From assembly GCA_009602725.1 (NCBI GenBank), contig WELB01000002.1, positions 1,377,899 to 1,397,898 of the forward strand: DNA of 20,000 bases. The letters are read 5' to 3'. This DNA comes from Spirogloea muscicola (lineage: Eukaryota). Positions 19,911 through 20,000 of the stretch are shown here, piece by piece. The notes beneath the pieces were generated by a model, which was given only the letters and a program-made list of their open reading frames with translations, did not search any database and was not told where the DNA came from. How positions within the stretch are numbered: position 1 is the stretch's first letter; every line of letters starts with the position of its first letter. The position numbers and the translations under genes were made by a program.

Positions 19911-20000
19911 CTGCAAGCGCCAGCGCCCACAGTCGGGGCCTCAGCGGCAGGCCCCGCAGCGCCGGGCTCAGAGTCTAAAGCTGCGGGGACGGCAGCGGCG

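Noticed and set aside
1..20000. Prokaryotic operon, defence system, CRISPR array or transposon
   Set aside because: All genes are spliceosomal-intron-containing eukaryotic genes of mostly unrelated function. I see no repeat-spacer array, transposase or RT motifs, TIRs or LTRs. The bacterial-like carA and rps13 are ordinary plastid-targeted nuclear genes.

Overview
Eukaryotic nuclear DNA from a green plant lineage. The proteins are most like land-plant homologues, and the compact, intron-rich, GC-polarised layout suggests a streptophyte alga or non-seed plant (inference). Five spliced protein-coding genes fill the window, with exons reconstructed by hand from GT-AG sites and frame continuity: (1) the 5' part of an ERD4/OSCA(CSC1)-type channel (-, runs off the left edge); (2) a complete 12-exon plastid carbamoyl-phosphate synthase small subunit, carA (-); (3) a complete 8-exon 26S proteasome lid subunit RPN6 (+), divergent from carA; (4) a ~1,880-aa protein with four MATH/TRAF domains, a coiled coil and a polyQ tail, similar to Arabidopsis At2g25320 (+, 18 exons); (5) the 3' part of nucleus-encoded plastid ribosomal protein S13 (-). 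I found no mobile elements, CRISPR arrays, tRNA or rRNA, and no new multi-gene system is supported. The main oddities are regulatory: the MATH gene has no in-frame AUG before its conserved domain, the OSCA leader has a strong out-of-frame AUG and a perfect hairpin, 5' splice-site classes segregate by gene, gene 5' ends look like CpG islands, and the rps13 intron carries telomere-type repeats.
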